A stretch of 64,000 nucleotides of DNA from an uncultured Desulfobacterales bacterium (GTDB lineage: Bacteria; Desulfobacterota; Dissulfuribacteria; Dissulfuribacterales; JALVPX01): the NCBI GenBank assembly GCA_964459155.1, contig CAYWKF010000014.1, forward strand, positions 7,304 to 71,303. The letters are read 5' to 3'. Each line of letters begins with the position of its first letter. The first letter of the stretch is position 1. The notes under the pieces were generated by a model. It was not told the DNA's origin. It was given only the letters and a program-made list of their open reading frames with translations, and did no database searches. Shown here piece by piece: positions 34,106 through 45,562 of the stretch. The translations under genes were made by a program, and so were the position numbers.

Positions 34106-35101
34106 TTAATTGTGAAGATGTTCCACTACCTTGCGCAGATTGTAAAGGGAAGAAGGGTAAAAAAGATCCAAAATTTCCCTGAGTCTGGCCAGAGCCATTG
34201 GAATGAAGTGCGCAAAAAAGGTTTTGCCCTTTTCATGGGACAAAAAAGAAAAGGCCCCCAGCACCTGCAGAGTGCGAAGCAATGCAGCCTTGGCAAAATC
34301 TTCCATGAACAGGTCGGTTTTCACATTCAAACCAAATTTGACGTTAATGTATTCTATATAGCCGGAAAGAAGGCTAGGCCATTCTTTGCAGTCCATGCTG
34401 ATGTATGGATCAACCAGGAGGGATGCAACGTCATATGAGAGAGGACCAAGTCTGGCAGCCTGGAAATCAATTATCCAAGGCCTTCTGTCTTGCATCAGAA
34501 TATTTCTAGACTGGAAGTCCCTGTGGAGTAGAAAATTTTTGTAATGCAGGGTGTCCACCTCCAAAGCCAATTTTTCAAGCTCGTCATAAAGGGCTTGTTC
34601 TGGTTCGTGTTTGACAACCTTCTTCAAAAAAGAATTGATAAAATATAGAATTTCACGCTCCCATGCCAACGCACTATTGTAACTTTGCGTATCATAACAC
34701 CAGTTTGGATCAAAGCCCTTTACACCATTTATTTGAAAATCAGCTAAGTGTGTGAGAATATTTCCATATATTTCTTCGAAATCGCCAATACCGTTTTGCA
34801 AATATTTGTGGAGGCTAATATCCCCTTTGTCTTCAACTATTGCCACCTTGAATTCTTCGTCGAAAAACAAGAGCCTTGGTACATTTATCCCTTTGGTCGA
34901 GAGATGGAGGGCTATCTTTACGAAACTTTGAGCTTCAGCTGAGCCTATAGGGGCTGGAGCAGGGAAAATGGCCACGGCCAGTTTGTTACGAAACTTGAGC
35001 CTGTAAAATTGGCGTTCAGACCCATCTGGACTAAGTGATATTACGCTGTCAATGGATACGCCGAGCTTTTCAAAATAATCTTCAACAATTAGATTCATCA
35101 T
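34106..35101 (-). CDS. aminoglycoside phosphotransferase-fold kinase (AmgK-like anomeric sugar kinase candidate)
   Basis: The 331-aa ORF has the APH/choline-kinase catalytic loop LLHRDFQSRNILM and IIDFQAARLGPLSYDVASLL. The substrate assignment is only by resemblance to AmgK-type HRD(F/Y)(H/Q)SRN motifs. Confidence 0.5.
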   Translation of the reverse strand: MMNLIVEDYFEKLGVSIDSVISLSPDGSERQFYRLKFRNKLAVAIFPAPAPIGSAEAQSFVKIALHLSTKGINVPRLLFFDEEFKVAIVEDKGDISLHKYLQNGIGDFEEIYGNILTHLADFQINGVKGFDPNWCYDTQSYNSALAWEREILYFINSFLKKVVKHEPEQALYDELEKLALEVDTLHYKNFLLHRDFQSRNILMQDRRPWIIDFQAARLGPLSYDVASLLVDPYISMDCKEWPSLLSGYIEYINVKFGLNVKTDLFMEDFAKAALLRTLQVLGAFSFLSHEKGKTFFAHFIPMALARLREILDLFYPSSLYNLRKVVEHLHN

Positions 35102-35133
35102 AAAAAAATGAAATGTAACAGGAGATTTTCAAC

Positions 35134-35937
35134 ATGACCAATGTGTTAGATATACTCCGTTTGACCCCCAAAACCAACTGCGGTGAATGCGGTTTTCCTA
35201 CCTGCATGGCGTTTTGCGTAGGTGTTACCACAGGAAAGGCCTCTTTGGAAAAATGCCCATATATCGACAAGGCAAGGGCCAAAGTGCTCTTTAAGGATAT
35301 AGAGTCCAAAACTCCGACGACAACCACGAATGATCCTGATACTGCTTTACTGCGTGAGTTAAAGGGAAAGGTGAAAGGTCTTGATCTTGGGGAAAGGGCA
35401 GAAGGCCTTGGCGCCACCTTGGTCAAACTGGACAATGGAGATGATGGCCTGTCATTCACCTATTTGGGCAGGAAGGTAGTGGTCACTCCTTTTGGCATCT
35501 TGGATGAGTCTGGGGAGGAATTGGACCCAAGGGATCAAATACTTCTGTATAACTATGTCTTCTTTGGCGGCAAAGGCCCCTTGGCTGGTGAATGGGTGGG
35601 ACTGGAGTCGTTCCCTAACTCGGTGTCAAAGGTAGTGACATTGCGGCGATATACTGAAGAGAAACTTGGGGAATATTTTGAAGGACGGGCTGAGGATCTG
35701 GCCAAAGCCTCCAAGGAGATAGGCGGCGAGGAGATAGAACCGTGTCATGCTGACGTCTGCATGAAGGTGCCTGTGTTGCCAAAGGTGCCAATACAGATTC
35801 ATTTCTGGGATGGTGACAAGGAGGAGGGGTTCCCCCCCAAAGTAAAAGTGCTCTTTGACAAAAGGGCATTGGATTTTCTTGATATCGAATCACTCATATT
35901 TGCAGCTGAACGGATGGCTGAAACCATTACCAGGTAG
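35134..35937 (+). CDS. Fe-S cluster-binding N-terminal domain protein with DUF3786-like body
   Basis: The 267-aa ORF has an N-terminal C-x2-C-x4-C-x16-C motif (TNCGECGFPTCMAFCVGVTTGKASLEKCPY), like the RnfB / CODH-ACS gamma N-terminal Fe-S domain. The remainder is uncharacterised. Confidence 0.55.
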   Translation: MTNVLDILRLTPKTNCGECGFPTCMAFCVGVTTGKASLEKCPYIDKARAKVLFKDIESKTPTTTTNDPDTALLRELKGKVKGLDLGERAEGLGATLVKLDNGDDGLSFTYLGRKVVVTPFGILDESGEELDPRDQILLYNYVFFGGKGPLAGEWVGLESFPNSVSKVVTLRRYTEEKLGEYFEGRAEDLAKASKEIGGEEIEPCHADVCMKVPVLPKVPIQIHFWDGDKEEGFPPKVKVLFDKRALDFLDIESLIFAAERMAETITR

Positions 35938-35961
35938 GAGGCGGAGCCATTTTGGAGACAC

Positions 35962-36462
35962 TTAGAGCAACTGCATAGCTTTTTGCAAGCTTGCAACCAA
36001 CCCTTGAGCCATGCTTTTTGGAAAACGGCACAACAATTTTGATGGCTCAAGGAAGAGTGCTACACCCAAGTAGTGCCCGTTATGGCCTTCTGATGTGTTA
36101 AATTCAGGCAGGCGTAAAATAACGTATCCAGAATCAGTTGCCTCGATATCCTTTTCTAGGGTTATCTCTTTATCACGACACAGTGCCAGCAACGTGGCCT
36201 GATCGATATCAATGACATTTCTTTTGGCTAGATGGCCAAACTTCTGGGCAGCAACCGTGGTGGGCTTAAGAAACTTCGTGACTTTTCTAACAAAAGGCAG
36301 CCCTTGGAAATCCGTATTCAATCGAGATGTCTTGTCCTTATGGCTACTCTGCCTGGCTATATATATGGTCCTGGCGGATGAATAGAATTCATATGGAATA
36401 AAGGCGGCTGGAGGGATGCCAAAGCGTTCTTCCCAATATTTAATTGCGGTTTCCCTATCCAT
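35962..36462 (-). CDS. hypothetical protein, possibly the detached PUA-like C-terminal module of an RsmF-type methyltransferase
   Basis: The 166-aa ORF has a start that overlaps the stop of the upstream m5C-methyltransferase gene by 8 nt. Its GYVILRL...YLGVALF....LLCRFPK pattern resembles the RsmF C-terminal domains. The similarity is weak and judged by eye. Confidence 0.35.
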   Translation of the reverse strand: MDRETAIKYWEERFGIPPAAFIPYEFYSSARTIYIARQSSHKDKTSRLNTDFQGLPFVRKVTKFLKPTTVAAQKFGHLAKRNVIDIDQATLLALCRDKEITLEKDIEATDSGYVILRLPEFNTSEGHNGHYLGVALFLEPSKLLCRFPKSMAQGLVASLQKAMQLL

Positions 36463-37366
36463 TTTCTTTTGGTTTGGTAACGTAGGCTACAAAAAATCCC
36501 ACTGAATTTATGTGATGTGGATAAAATCTACGGCATTTGCTCAATTGCCTCCCGTATATGCGCCCACGGAAATTTTCAAGCCCCGGGTTCCAGTGTAAGG
36601 GGGGATTCCATTGTTTCAGACATGCCCTTCTTTTTTTTAGTAACGCAGCAACGACCCCTTCGTTTTCCTCTGGATTGAGGGTGCAAGTGCTATATACAAG
36701 GACTCCCCCAGGCTTCAGCAGGTCAAAGGCCCTGATTATGAGACCCTTTTGGATGGCAGGGAGATTTGTGCGGCCTGCTACTTTGAAAAGCAGCCTTCCA
36801 TTAGGGCCAATCCGGTACTTACCTTCACCAGAGCAAGGCGCGTCTAGTAATATTTTGTCAAACTGTTGTCCTAAAGGGAAATGCTCACCTTTGTATTGTG
36901 TCACCACCGTATTTGTTACGCCACACCTTTTGACATTAGCAGAAAGTGCGGTAAGCCGGCCAAAGCTCCTATCGTTGGCTACAATCGTGCCCTGATCTCC
37001 CATGAGCTGGGCCATGTGGGTGGTCTTGCCCCCTGGAGCTGCGCACATATCCAAAACAAACTCACCGGGTTTAGGATTCAGTGCGATGACTGGTAAGGCG
37101 GATGCCAGTGCTTGGGGATAGATATAGCCCAAGTAGTAGCAGAGCAGGTTTCCAAGGTCTTGAACACACTTCACATTGAAGAAAAAATCTATAGGTGTTG
37201 TTTCAAAAAGTACACCCTCATTCTTCAATAGCCCCATTATTTTGCGGAGTTTTGCCTTCAAAGGATTCAACCTTATGTAAGGGGGAAGCGGGTGGCTGAG
37301 GTGCCTGGTGTATAGTTCAAATTCTGGGATAAATGAACGATAATCTTCGGGGGGCCACTGATTCAT
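36455..37366 (-). CDS. RsmB/RsmF (NOL1/NOP2/Sun) family RNA cytosine-C5 methyltransferase
   Basis: The motifs are DMCAAPGGKTTHMAQLM (SAM), ILLDAPCSGEG (Cys motif IV) and VYSTCTLNPEENEGVV (Cys motif VI). I trimmed the track ORF (start 37492) to Met43 (ATG at 37366) to remove the out-of-frame overlap with the tetR tail. Confidence 0.85.
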   Translation of the reverse strand: MNQWPPEDYRSFIPEFELYTRHLSHPLPPYIRLNPLKAKLRKIMGLLKNEGVLFETTPIDFFFNVKCVQDLGNLLCYYLGYIYPQALASALPVIALNPKPGEFVLDMCAAPGGKTTHMAQLMGDQGTIVANDRSFGRLTALSANVKRCGVTNTVVTQYKGEHFPLGQQFDKILLDAPCSGEGKYRIGPNGRLLFKVAGRTNLPAIQKGLIIRAFDLLKPGGVLVYSTCTLNPEENEGVVAALLKKRRACLKQWNPPLHWNPGLENFRGRIYGRQLSKCRRFYPHHINSVGFFVAYVTKPKENG

Positions 37367-37388
37367 GAAAAGGGTAGACCAAGATTTT

Positions 37389-38060
37389 TTATTTCTTGGA
37401 TTTTGATTGGCGTTTGCGCCGGGTTTTCTGCTTGTTGGATCTTTGTGCCGGCTCCTTTTTAAGTGGAGGCGCCTCCTCTGATTCAATGCCATTAATGAAG
37501 TAGGAGCTTATCTGCCGTGCTGCCGTGGTAACACTATATTTTTTCTTGCTGGAAAGGACCCAGAAGCGTGACATCTCGTCCAAGGCCCCAAAAAATGCCC
37601 TTTTGAAGATTCCTGGCATAACCTCTTTTTTAAATATACCTGCATTCTGACCTTGCCTTACAATTTGTGAGATGATGTTCAAATATTCCGCAAATTTCTT
37701 GTTTCTGTATTCCTTCATAAATTTACTGCTTTGACGCAGCTCTACCTGAATGACCTCAGCAAGATCCCTATTGGCTTCAACCAGGCTCAGATGCAGATAA
37801 GCAAAACGTTCCAGCTTCTGACGAGGATCTTCGAGTTGGGTTATTTCACGTTTCACGCGAGCGATGATTTTGCCTATTTCTTCTTCAAAAATAGTGATCA
37901 GGATATCATATTTATTGTTGAAATAGAGATAAATGGTTCCGTCTGCGACATTAGCCTCCTTGGCTATTTCCGCTATCTTAGAATTAAAAAAGCCGTTTCT
38001 AGCGAAAACGCGAATGGCTGCCTGGACAATCTTTTGGTGTTTATCTGCAACTTTCATCAA
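37389..38060 (-). CDS. TetR/AcrR family transcriptional regulator with a Lys/Arg-rich C-terminal tail
   Basis: The 223-aa ORF has an N-terminal HTH, IVQAAIRVFARNGFFNSKIAEIAKEANVADGTIYLYF, and the tail KKEPAQRSNKQKTRRKRQSKSKK. Confidence 0.88.
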   Translation of the reverse strand: MMKVADKHQKIVQAAIRVFARNGFFNSKIAEIAKEANVADGTIYLYFNNKYDILITIFEEEIGKIIARVKREITQLEDPRQKLERFAYLHLSLVEANRDLAEVIQVELRQSSKFMKEYRNKKFAEYLNIISQIVRQGQNAGIFKKEVMPGIFKRAFFGALDEMSRFWVLSSKKKYSVTTAARQISSYFINGIESEEAPPLKKEPAQRSNKQKTRRKRQSKSKK

Positions 38061-38386
38061 GAATTTGGCTGTTCGAGAAATTTATGAATGCATGTTCATT
38101 CAGATAGTCCAACGCGCAAGCAGTGTCAAGGGGAAAAAAATCACAATCTGCATATGACGAGTCTCAGAAAATGTCTGTTTAATTAAGACGCGAATTAACA
38201 GCCATCTATCCATTCTAAGGGAGATTTTTGCCAAATCCTTGTCAGAAAGGCAGATCCAAAAATTGGGCCTAATCGGCTTCTGACGGGTTATTCCTGCAAA
38301 TTTTGTATTTTATGGCGTAAATTGGGGCAGTTAAATACTTCTTGACAGCCGCCATGGCCAACATTACTTTTTTAAAGAAATTTACC

Positions 38387-38474
38387 GGAGGGATGGCCGA
38401 GTGGTTTAAGGCGGCGGTCTTGAAAACCGCTGTGCCGAAAGGCACCGTGGGTTCGAATCCTACTCCCTCCGCCA
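38387..38474 (+). tRNA. tRNA-Ser (anticodon UGA)
   Basis: The hand-folded cloverleaf has acceptor GGAGGGA/TCCCTCC, anticodon stem GCGGT/ACCGC with loop CTTGAAA, a long variable arm, the T-arm GTGGG-TTCGAAT-CCTAC, and an encoded CCA. Confidence 0.92.
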
Positions 38475-38489
38475 CATACTGCCATGAAC

Positions 38490-38581
<92 letters not shown>

Positions 38582-38717
38582 TTCTATAATCCATTTTTCT
38601 TTCTTAGCAGTAGTTGATTTTCTTTCACAATTTCTTGACATTTTTTTCATATCAAATTAGATGCCTTACCCAGTTAAAACAAGCCGTTTCTAAGCTGTGT
38701 AAAGGAGACCTTTGATT

Positions 38718-41145
<2,428 letters not shown>

Positions 41146-41162
41146 GGAAACATATTATAGCA

Positions 41163-41198
41163 ACATTGACCTGTTCAAAAACATTGACCTTTTCAAAA
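41163..41198. repeat. tandem 18-nt direct repeat (2 copies, 1 mismatch)
   Basis: ACATTGACCTGTTCAAAA (41163-41180) is followed directly by ACATTGACCTTTTCAAAA (41181-41198). The repeat sits between the ahcY stop and the terminator. Confidence 0.9.
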
Positions 41199-41204
41199 GA
41201 GAAA

Positions 41205-41232
41205 GGCGGCCATCATAAGGCCGCCTTTTTTT
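41205..41232. terminator. bidirectional intrinsic terminator between convergent ahcY and ppsA
   Basis: The perfect GC-rich hairpin GGCGGCC-atcataa-GGCCGCC is followed by TTTTTTT and preceded by an A-rich stretch. Confidence 0.8.
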
Positions 41233-41255
41233 ATGTTCTTTTTCATTAGATCAAA

Positions 41256-43745
41256 TTATTTCTTCTTCTTCGTGGTTCTTTTGCACGTCCGTTTCGTGTT
41301 GCATTTCCCTCGGCCTTTTTTAAGCTCCTTTTCTTTTTCTGCCACTACCAGCCTTGTCTTAACGATGGTGTCTGGAGTAAGGCTCATGGAATCAATTCCG
41401 CACTGGACCAAGAAGGCTGCGAAGTCTGGGAAGTCGCTGGGAGCCTGCCCACAAATTCCAATCTTCCTTTTGCACTTTTTGGCTGTTTTGATTACATCGC
41501 TTATCAGGCGTTTGACCGCATCATTGCGCTCGTCATAAATATGGGAGACTAGCTCTGAATCCCTGTCCAGGCCCAAGGTCAATTGGGTGAGGTCATTTGA
41601 TCCGATGGAGAAGCCGTCAAATACTTCAGCAAACTGATCCGCCAATACGACATTACTTGGAATTTCACACATCACATAAACTTCTAGTCCATTTTCCCCT
41701 TGTTTGAGTCCATATTTCTTCATGACGTCTATCACCTTTTGCCCCTCTTCCACTGTGCGGCAGAATGGGATCATAACCTTGACGTTCCTGAGACCCATTT
41801 CATCCCGCACCTTTTTTAATGCTTCACACTCAAGGGCAAAGGCTGGCTCAAAGTTCGGGGAATAGTAACGTGAAGCCCCGCGCCATCCAATCATAGGATT
41901 GTGTTCTTCTGGTTCATAAATGGAGCCGCCTATCAAGTTTGCATATTCATTGCTCTTGAAGTCAGACAAACGGACTATCACATCGTTGGGCCAGAAGCCA
42001 GCTGCAATCCTTGCCACACCTTGGGCCAGGGTATCCACGAAGAACTTGGACTTGTCATCATAAGCCATGGTCTTTTCATCAATGGCCTTGATAACATCCT
42101 TCAACGACTTATCCTTTCTAGCTTTCCGTTTGAGTTTCGCATAGTCTAGAAGCGCCAGAGGATGAATGCCGATGTGTGAATTGATTATGAATTCCAGACG
42201 CGCCAGTCCAACGCCATCATTTGGTATTTGGCCCTGAGTGAAGGCCTGTTCTGGTATCCCCACATTCATCATCAGCTTTGTCTTAGTCTTTGGAAGCTCA
42301 CTCAGGTCCAGCCTCTGCACCTCATACTTCAAAAGGCCTTCATACACTACGCCTTCCTCCCCTTCGGCACAGGAAACGGTAACTGGCTGGCCATTTTTAA
42401 TTTTCTTCGTTCCGTCTTCTGTTCCAACGATGCATGGAATACCTAATTCCCTGGATACGATGGCAGCATGGCACGTTCGTCCGCCGCGGTTAGTGACGAT
42501 GGCAGCTGCAATTTTCATAATGGGTTCCCAGTCAGGGTCTGTCATGTCTGTAACCAGGACCTGGCCTTTTTTAAACTTTGTGATTTCGTTGACGTTTTTG
42601 ATGACTGCGGCCTTACCTTGTCCAATCTTTGATCCTACTGCGTTGCCGGTACATAGGACCTTACCTTTTTCTTTCAAGACATAAGTTTCAATAAAATTGA
42701 CATCCTTTTGTGAATGGACTGTTTCCGGTCTTGCCTGGACTATGTACAGTTCTCCGGTTCCAACCTTTTTGCCGTCGCCATCCTTGGCCCATTCTATGTC
42801 CATCTGTTTCTTGTAATGTTTTTCAATGATGCATGCCCATTTGGCCAAGGTGACAAGCTCGTCATCCGAGAGCACGAAGGTCCTTTGCTCTTTCTTAGTG
42901 GTGGCCTTGTTCTTCACAGGATTCCGCGGATTGTCGGTATAGATCATTTTTTTCTGCTTCAGACCAAGCTTTTTACTGATGACAGGCTTGAAACCCTCTT
43001 CCAGGGTGGGTTTAAAGACATAAAATTCATCAGGGTTCACAGCACCTTGCACCACATTTTCACCGAGACCCCAGGCTCCGGTAATGTAAACTACCTTGTC
43101 GAAACCACTTTCTGTATCCATGGTGAACATGACGCCCGAACTTGCGGCATCGCTTCTAACCATCTTCTGTACAGCAATTGACAAGTAGACATCAAAATGT
43201 CCAAAGCCTTTGTCTTGACGGTAGGATATAGCTCTGTCAGTAAACAGGCTTGCAAAACATTTGTGTGCTGCCTGGAGCAGCATTTCTGGGCCGCGTATAT
43301 TTAAATAAGTCTCTTGCTGCCCAGCAAAAGAGGCATCTGGGAGGTCTTCAGCAGTAGCTGAGGATCGAACTGCCACATCCACGTTCGGTCCATACTCCTT
43401 TTCCATTTCCCTGTAGGCATTGATAATTTCATCTTCAAGATCCTTTGGAAAGGGGGCCTTCAATATAATATCCCGTACTTTTTTGCCCCTTTTCTTGAGA
43501 TCTGTAATGTTGTGGGTGTCAAGGCCTTCAAGAACGTCTCTGATAGCCTGTTCTATGCCAGCTTCTTTCAAAATGTATTTGTATGCCTCTGCTGTAATGG
43601 CAAATCCATTAGGAATGTTTACGCCCTTCTTGGTCAAATGGCGATACATCTCCCCCAGAGAAGCATTCTTGCCACCCACAATGGGAACGTCTTTGATCCC
43701 GATTTCCTTGAACCAAAGAATGAAAGGTTTCTTTTTTTTAGCCAT
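41256..43745 (-). CDS. ppsA: phosphoenolpyruvate synthase (pyruvate, water dikinase)
   Basis: The 829-aa ORF has all three domains. These are the N-terminal ATP-grasp (GGKNASLGEM, VAVRSSATAEDLP), the phosphohistidine loop TNRGGRTCHAAIVSRELGIPCIVG, and the C-terminal PEP-utilising TIM-barrel motifs (IGSNDLTQLTLG). A Lys-rich tail of about 30 aa is also present. Confidence 0.93.
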   Translation of the reverse strand: MAKKKKPFILWFKEIGIKDVPIVGGKNASLGEMYRHLTKKGVNIPNGFAITAEAYKYILKEAGIEQAIRDVLEGLDTHNITDLKKRGKKVRDIILKAPFPKDLEDEIINAYREMEKEYGPNVDVAVRSSATAEDLPDASFAGQQETYLNIRGPEMLLQAAHKCFASLFTDRAISYRQDKGFGHFDVYLSIAVQKMVRSDAASSGVMFTMDTESGFDKVVYITGAWGLGENVVQGAVNPDEFYVFKPTLEEGFKPVISKKLGLKQKKMIYTDNPRNPVKNKATTKKEQRTFVLSDDELVTLAKWACIIEKHYKKQMDIEWAKDGDGKKVGTGELYIVQARPETVHSQKDVNFIETYVLKEKGKVLCTGNAVGSKIGQGKAAVIKNVNEITKFKKGQVLVTDMTDPDWEPIMKIAAAIVTNRGGRTCHAAIVSRELGIPCIVGTEDGTKKIKNGQPVTVSCAEGEEGVVYEGLLKYEVQRLDLSELPKTKTKLMMNVGIPEQAFTQGQIPNDGVGLARLEFIINSHIGIHPLALLDYAKLKRKARKDKSLKDVIKAIDEKTMAYDDKSKFFVDTLAQGVARIAAGFWPNDVIVRLSDFKSNEYANLIGGSIYEPEEHNPMIGWRGASRYYSPNFEPAFALECEALKKVRDEMGLRNVKVMIPFCRTVEEGQKVIDVMKKYGLKQGENGLEVYVMCEIPSNVVLADQFAEVFDGFSIGSNDLTQLTLGLDRDSELVSHIYDERNDAVKRLISDVIKTAKKCKRKIGICGQAPSDFPDFAAFLVQCGIDSMSLTPDTIVKTRLVVAEKEKELKKGRGKCNTKRTCKRTTKKKK

Positions 43746-44009
43746 GCTATATCCTCCCTGAATGCTACTTTAAACCCTCCCAGAGCTGTTCAGGAACAGG
43801 CCGGGGCAGGTCACGTTTTTCTTATTTAGGTGCTTGAGTTCTGTCTTTAAGTGCGCTCCAGACAAAATGAATATCCTTTCATTTATCAGGCAAAGGGATT
43901 TGTTGTCAACTATATTGAGCAACATTAAGAATCTGACATGGGAAATCTTTACTATCAATGTATATGGCACAGTTAGGTATGCCACCTGAGCAACATCAAC
44001 GGTTGAAGA

Positions 44010-44408
44010 TCAATGTCTCGTGTTTTGCAGTATGACCACGGCTGTTGCGTATTCCCCTTCATGGGAAAGGCTCACCATCCAGCTTTGAGCTCCAATTTGC
44101 ATAGCAAGTCTCCGGGCATTGCCATTCAAGACCAGCACTGGCCTGCCTGAATTCTCCTGCAGCACTTCCATTTGGCGCCAGGCAACTCCTTTTCTCATGC
44201 CAGTTCCCAGAGCCTTTGAACAAGCCTCTTTGGCAGCAAATCTTATTGCAAAGGCCTCAGAGGGCCTTTTTCTCTTGAGGCATATTTCAATTTCCTGCTC
44301 TGTGTAAACCCTGTTCAGGAAACGGTGTCCAAACCTGTTGATTACTCCCTCTATCCGTGGGATGTGTACCAAGTCTATGCCCAAGCCAAGGATCATTTGC
44401 GTCCTCAA
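44010..44408 (-). CDS. acpS: holo-[acyl-carrier-protein] synthase
   Basis: The 132-aa ORF reads [12 protein letters not shown]......[10 protein letters not shown] and [14 protein letters not shown]. It overlaps the upstream pdxJ portion by 4 nt. Confidence 0.9.
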   Translation of the reverse strand: MRTQMILGLGIDLVHIPRIEGVINRFGHRFLNRVYTEQEIEICLKRKRPSEAFAIRFAAKEACSKALGTGMRKGVAWRQMEVLQENSGRPVLVLNGNARRLAMQIGAQSWMVSLSHEGEYATAVVILQNTRH

Positions 44409-45562
44409 ACAATCCGGCCTTTTTTCACCAACGACAGCATCTCTTTTACTGCCCGTTCCATACCCACCAACACTGCCCTGGAAACTACCGAATGGCCAAT
44501 GCTGAATTCCACTATTTCCGCCACAGAGGCCAATCTTGCACTATTTTGGTAGTTCAGGCCATGACCAGCATGAACTCGCAGGCCAAGATCAGCAGCAAGG
44601 CTTGCCATCTCAGCAATTTGATCGAACTCCCGGTCCTGTTCTTCAGCTGATATTGCTTCAGCATAGCGCCCAGTGTGGATTTCAATGCACTCTGCTCCGG
44701 TTCTCTTCGCAGCCTCAATTTGTCCTGGTTCTGGATCAACAAAGAGACTTACCGGGATGGATGCCTCGTGAAGGCGTGCAACAGCTTTGGTGATCTCTTT
44801 TTCTAAGGAAGCAACATCAAGCCCTCCCTCAGTGGTTAGCTCCTCCCGTTTTTCAGGCACTAAGGTGACTATGTCAGGCTGCACCTTTGAAGCGATTTTG
44901 ATCATTTCATCTGTAGCCGCCATTTCTAAGGTGAGCCTGGTTTGGATTGTTTGGCGTAGCAATTCAACGTCCCGATCTTGAATGTGGCGCCTGTCTTCTC
45001 TCAGGTGCACTACTATTCCATCCGCCCCGGCCAGCTCTACCAGCACAGCAGCTGCAACAGGATCTGGCTCTACACCGCCTCTGGCCTGTCTCACAGTGGC
45101 CACATGGTCAACATTGATACACAAGTCAGCCATAATCTTCTCCCCCGTAAGTGCTTTGATGAGTTCTTTTTCTTTTTTTTCAAAAACAATTTGTTCACCA
45201 TCAGACCCTTCATGATCATAGCCCAGCAAATGCACCATGCCATGTATCATTAAGGCCGTCAGCCTGTTTTGCAACGTAGTTTGAGCCAGTTTGGCTTCTC
45301 GTTCAGCAGTGTCCAGCGATATTACGATGTCTCCGAGGAGTCTTGATGCTGTGTGTTCGGGCTGGCTGAATGAAATGACATTGGTAGGTCCTTGGCGCCC
45401 AAGCCACTGCTGATTTATTTGAGCGATATCCTGGTCCGTCGTAAGATAAAGGCTCAACTCCTTGTCTTTGTGGCCGGCCAATTTCAAGATTAACTGCGCA
45501 GCCCTATCTACAAAGAGCAATGACTTGTAGCGCGGATGATTCCATTTTATCTCTGCCCCCAT
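44405..45562 (-). CDS. fusion protein: endoribonuclease YbeY (aa 1-143) joined in frame to pyridoxine 5'-phosphate synthase PdxJ (aa 144-385)
   Basis: This is a single uninterrupted 385-codon ORF. The N-terminal part has the YbeY zinc motif [12 protein letters not shown]. From [20 protein letters not shown] onward it is full-length PdxJ ([20 protein letters not shown]). An internal ATG at 45133 is preceded by the SD-like GGGGGAG. Confidence 0.85.
   Translation of the reverse strand: MGAEIKWNHPRYKSLLFVDRAAQLILKLAGHKDKELSLYLTTDQDIAQINQQWLGRQGPTNVISFSQPEHTASRLLGDIVISLDTAEREAKLAQTTLQNRLTALMIHGMVHLLGYDHEGSDGEQIVFEKKEKELIKALTGEKIMADLCINVDHVATVRQARGGVEPDPVAAAVLVELAGADGIVVHLREDRRHIQDRDVELLRQTIQTRLTLEMAATDEMIKIASKVQPDIVTLVPEKREELTTEGGLDVASLEKEITKAVARLHEASIPVSLFVDPEPGQIEAAKRTGAECIEIHTGRYAEAISAEEQDREFDQIAEMASLAADLGLRVHAGHGLNYQNSARLASVAEIVEFSIGHSVVSRAVLVGMERAVKEMLSLVKKGRIV

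Noticed and set aside
37389-37460. Lys/Arg-rich C-terminal tails on TetR (and on PpsA at 41256-41345) as evidence of stop-codon read-through or misassembly.
   Set aside because: Both reading frames are continuous with the conserved domains and end at ordinary stops. I see no sequence evidence of a frameshift, so I treat the tails as genuine low-complexity sequence of unknown relevance.
38582-38717. A possible SAM or SAH riboswitch in front of metK-ahcY.
   Set aside because: The leader is short. I could not find the conserved cores of the SAM-I, SAM-II, SAM-V or SAH elements, only a TTGACA-like -35 box and an RBS. A covariance-model scan would be needed to overturn this.
43961-43995. TGGCAC...TGCCA upstream of ppsA as a sigma-54 promoter.
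   Set aside because: The TGGCAC is on the wrong strand for ppsA and is not followed by TTGC at the -12 spacing. The minus-strand version (TGGCAT-N5-ACTG) lacks the GC element. It may be a TGGCA-N-TGCCA regulator site, but that is unsupported.
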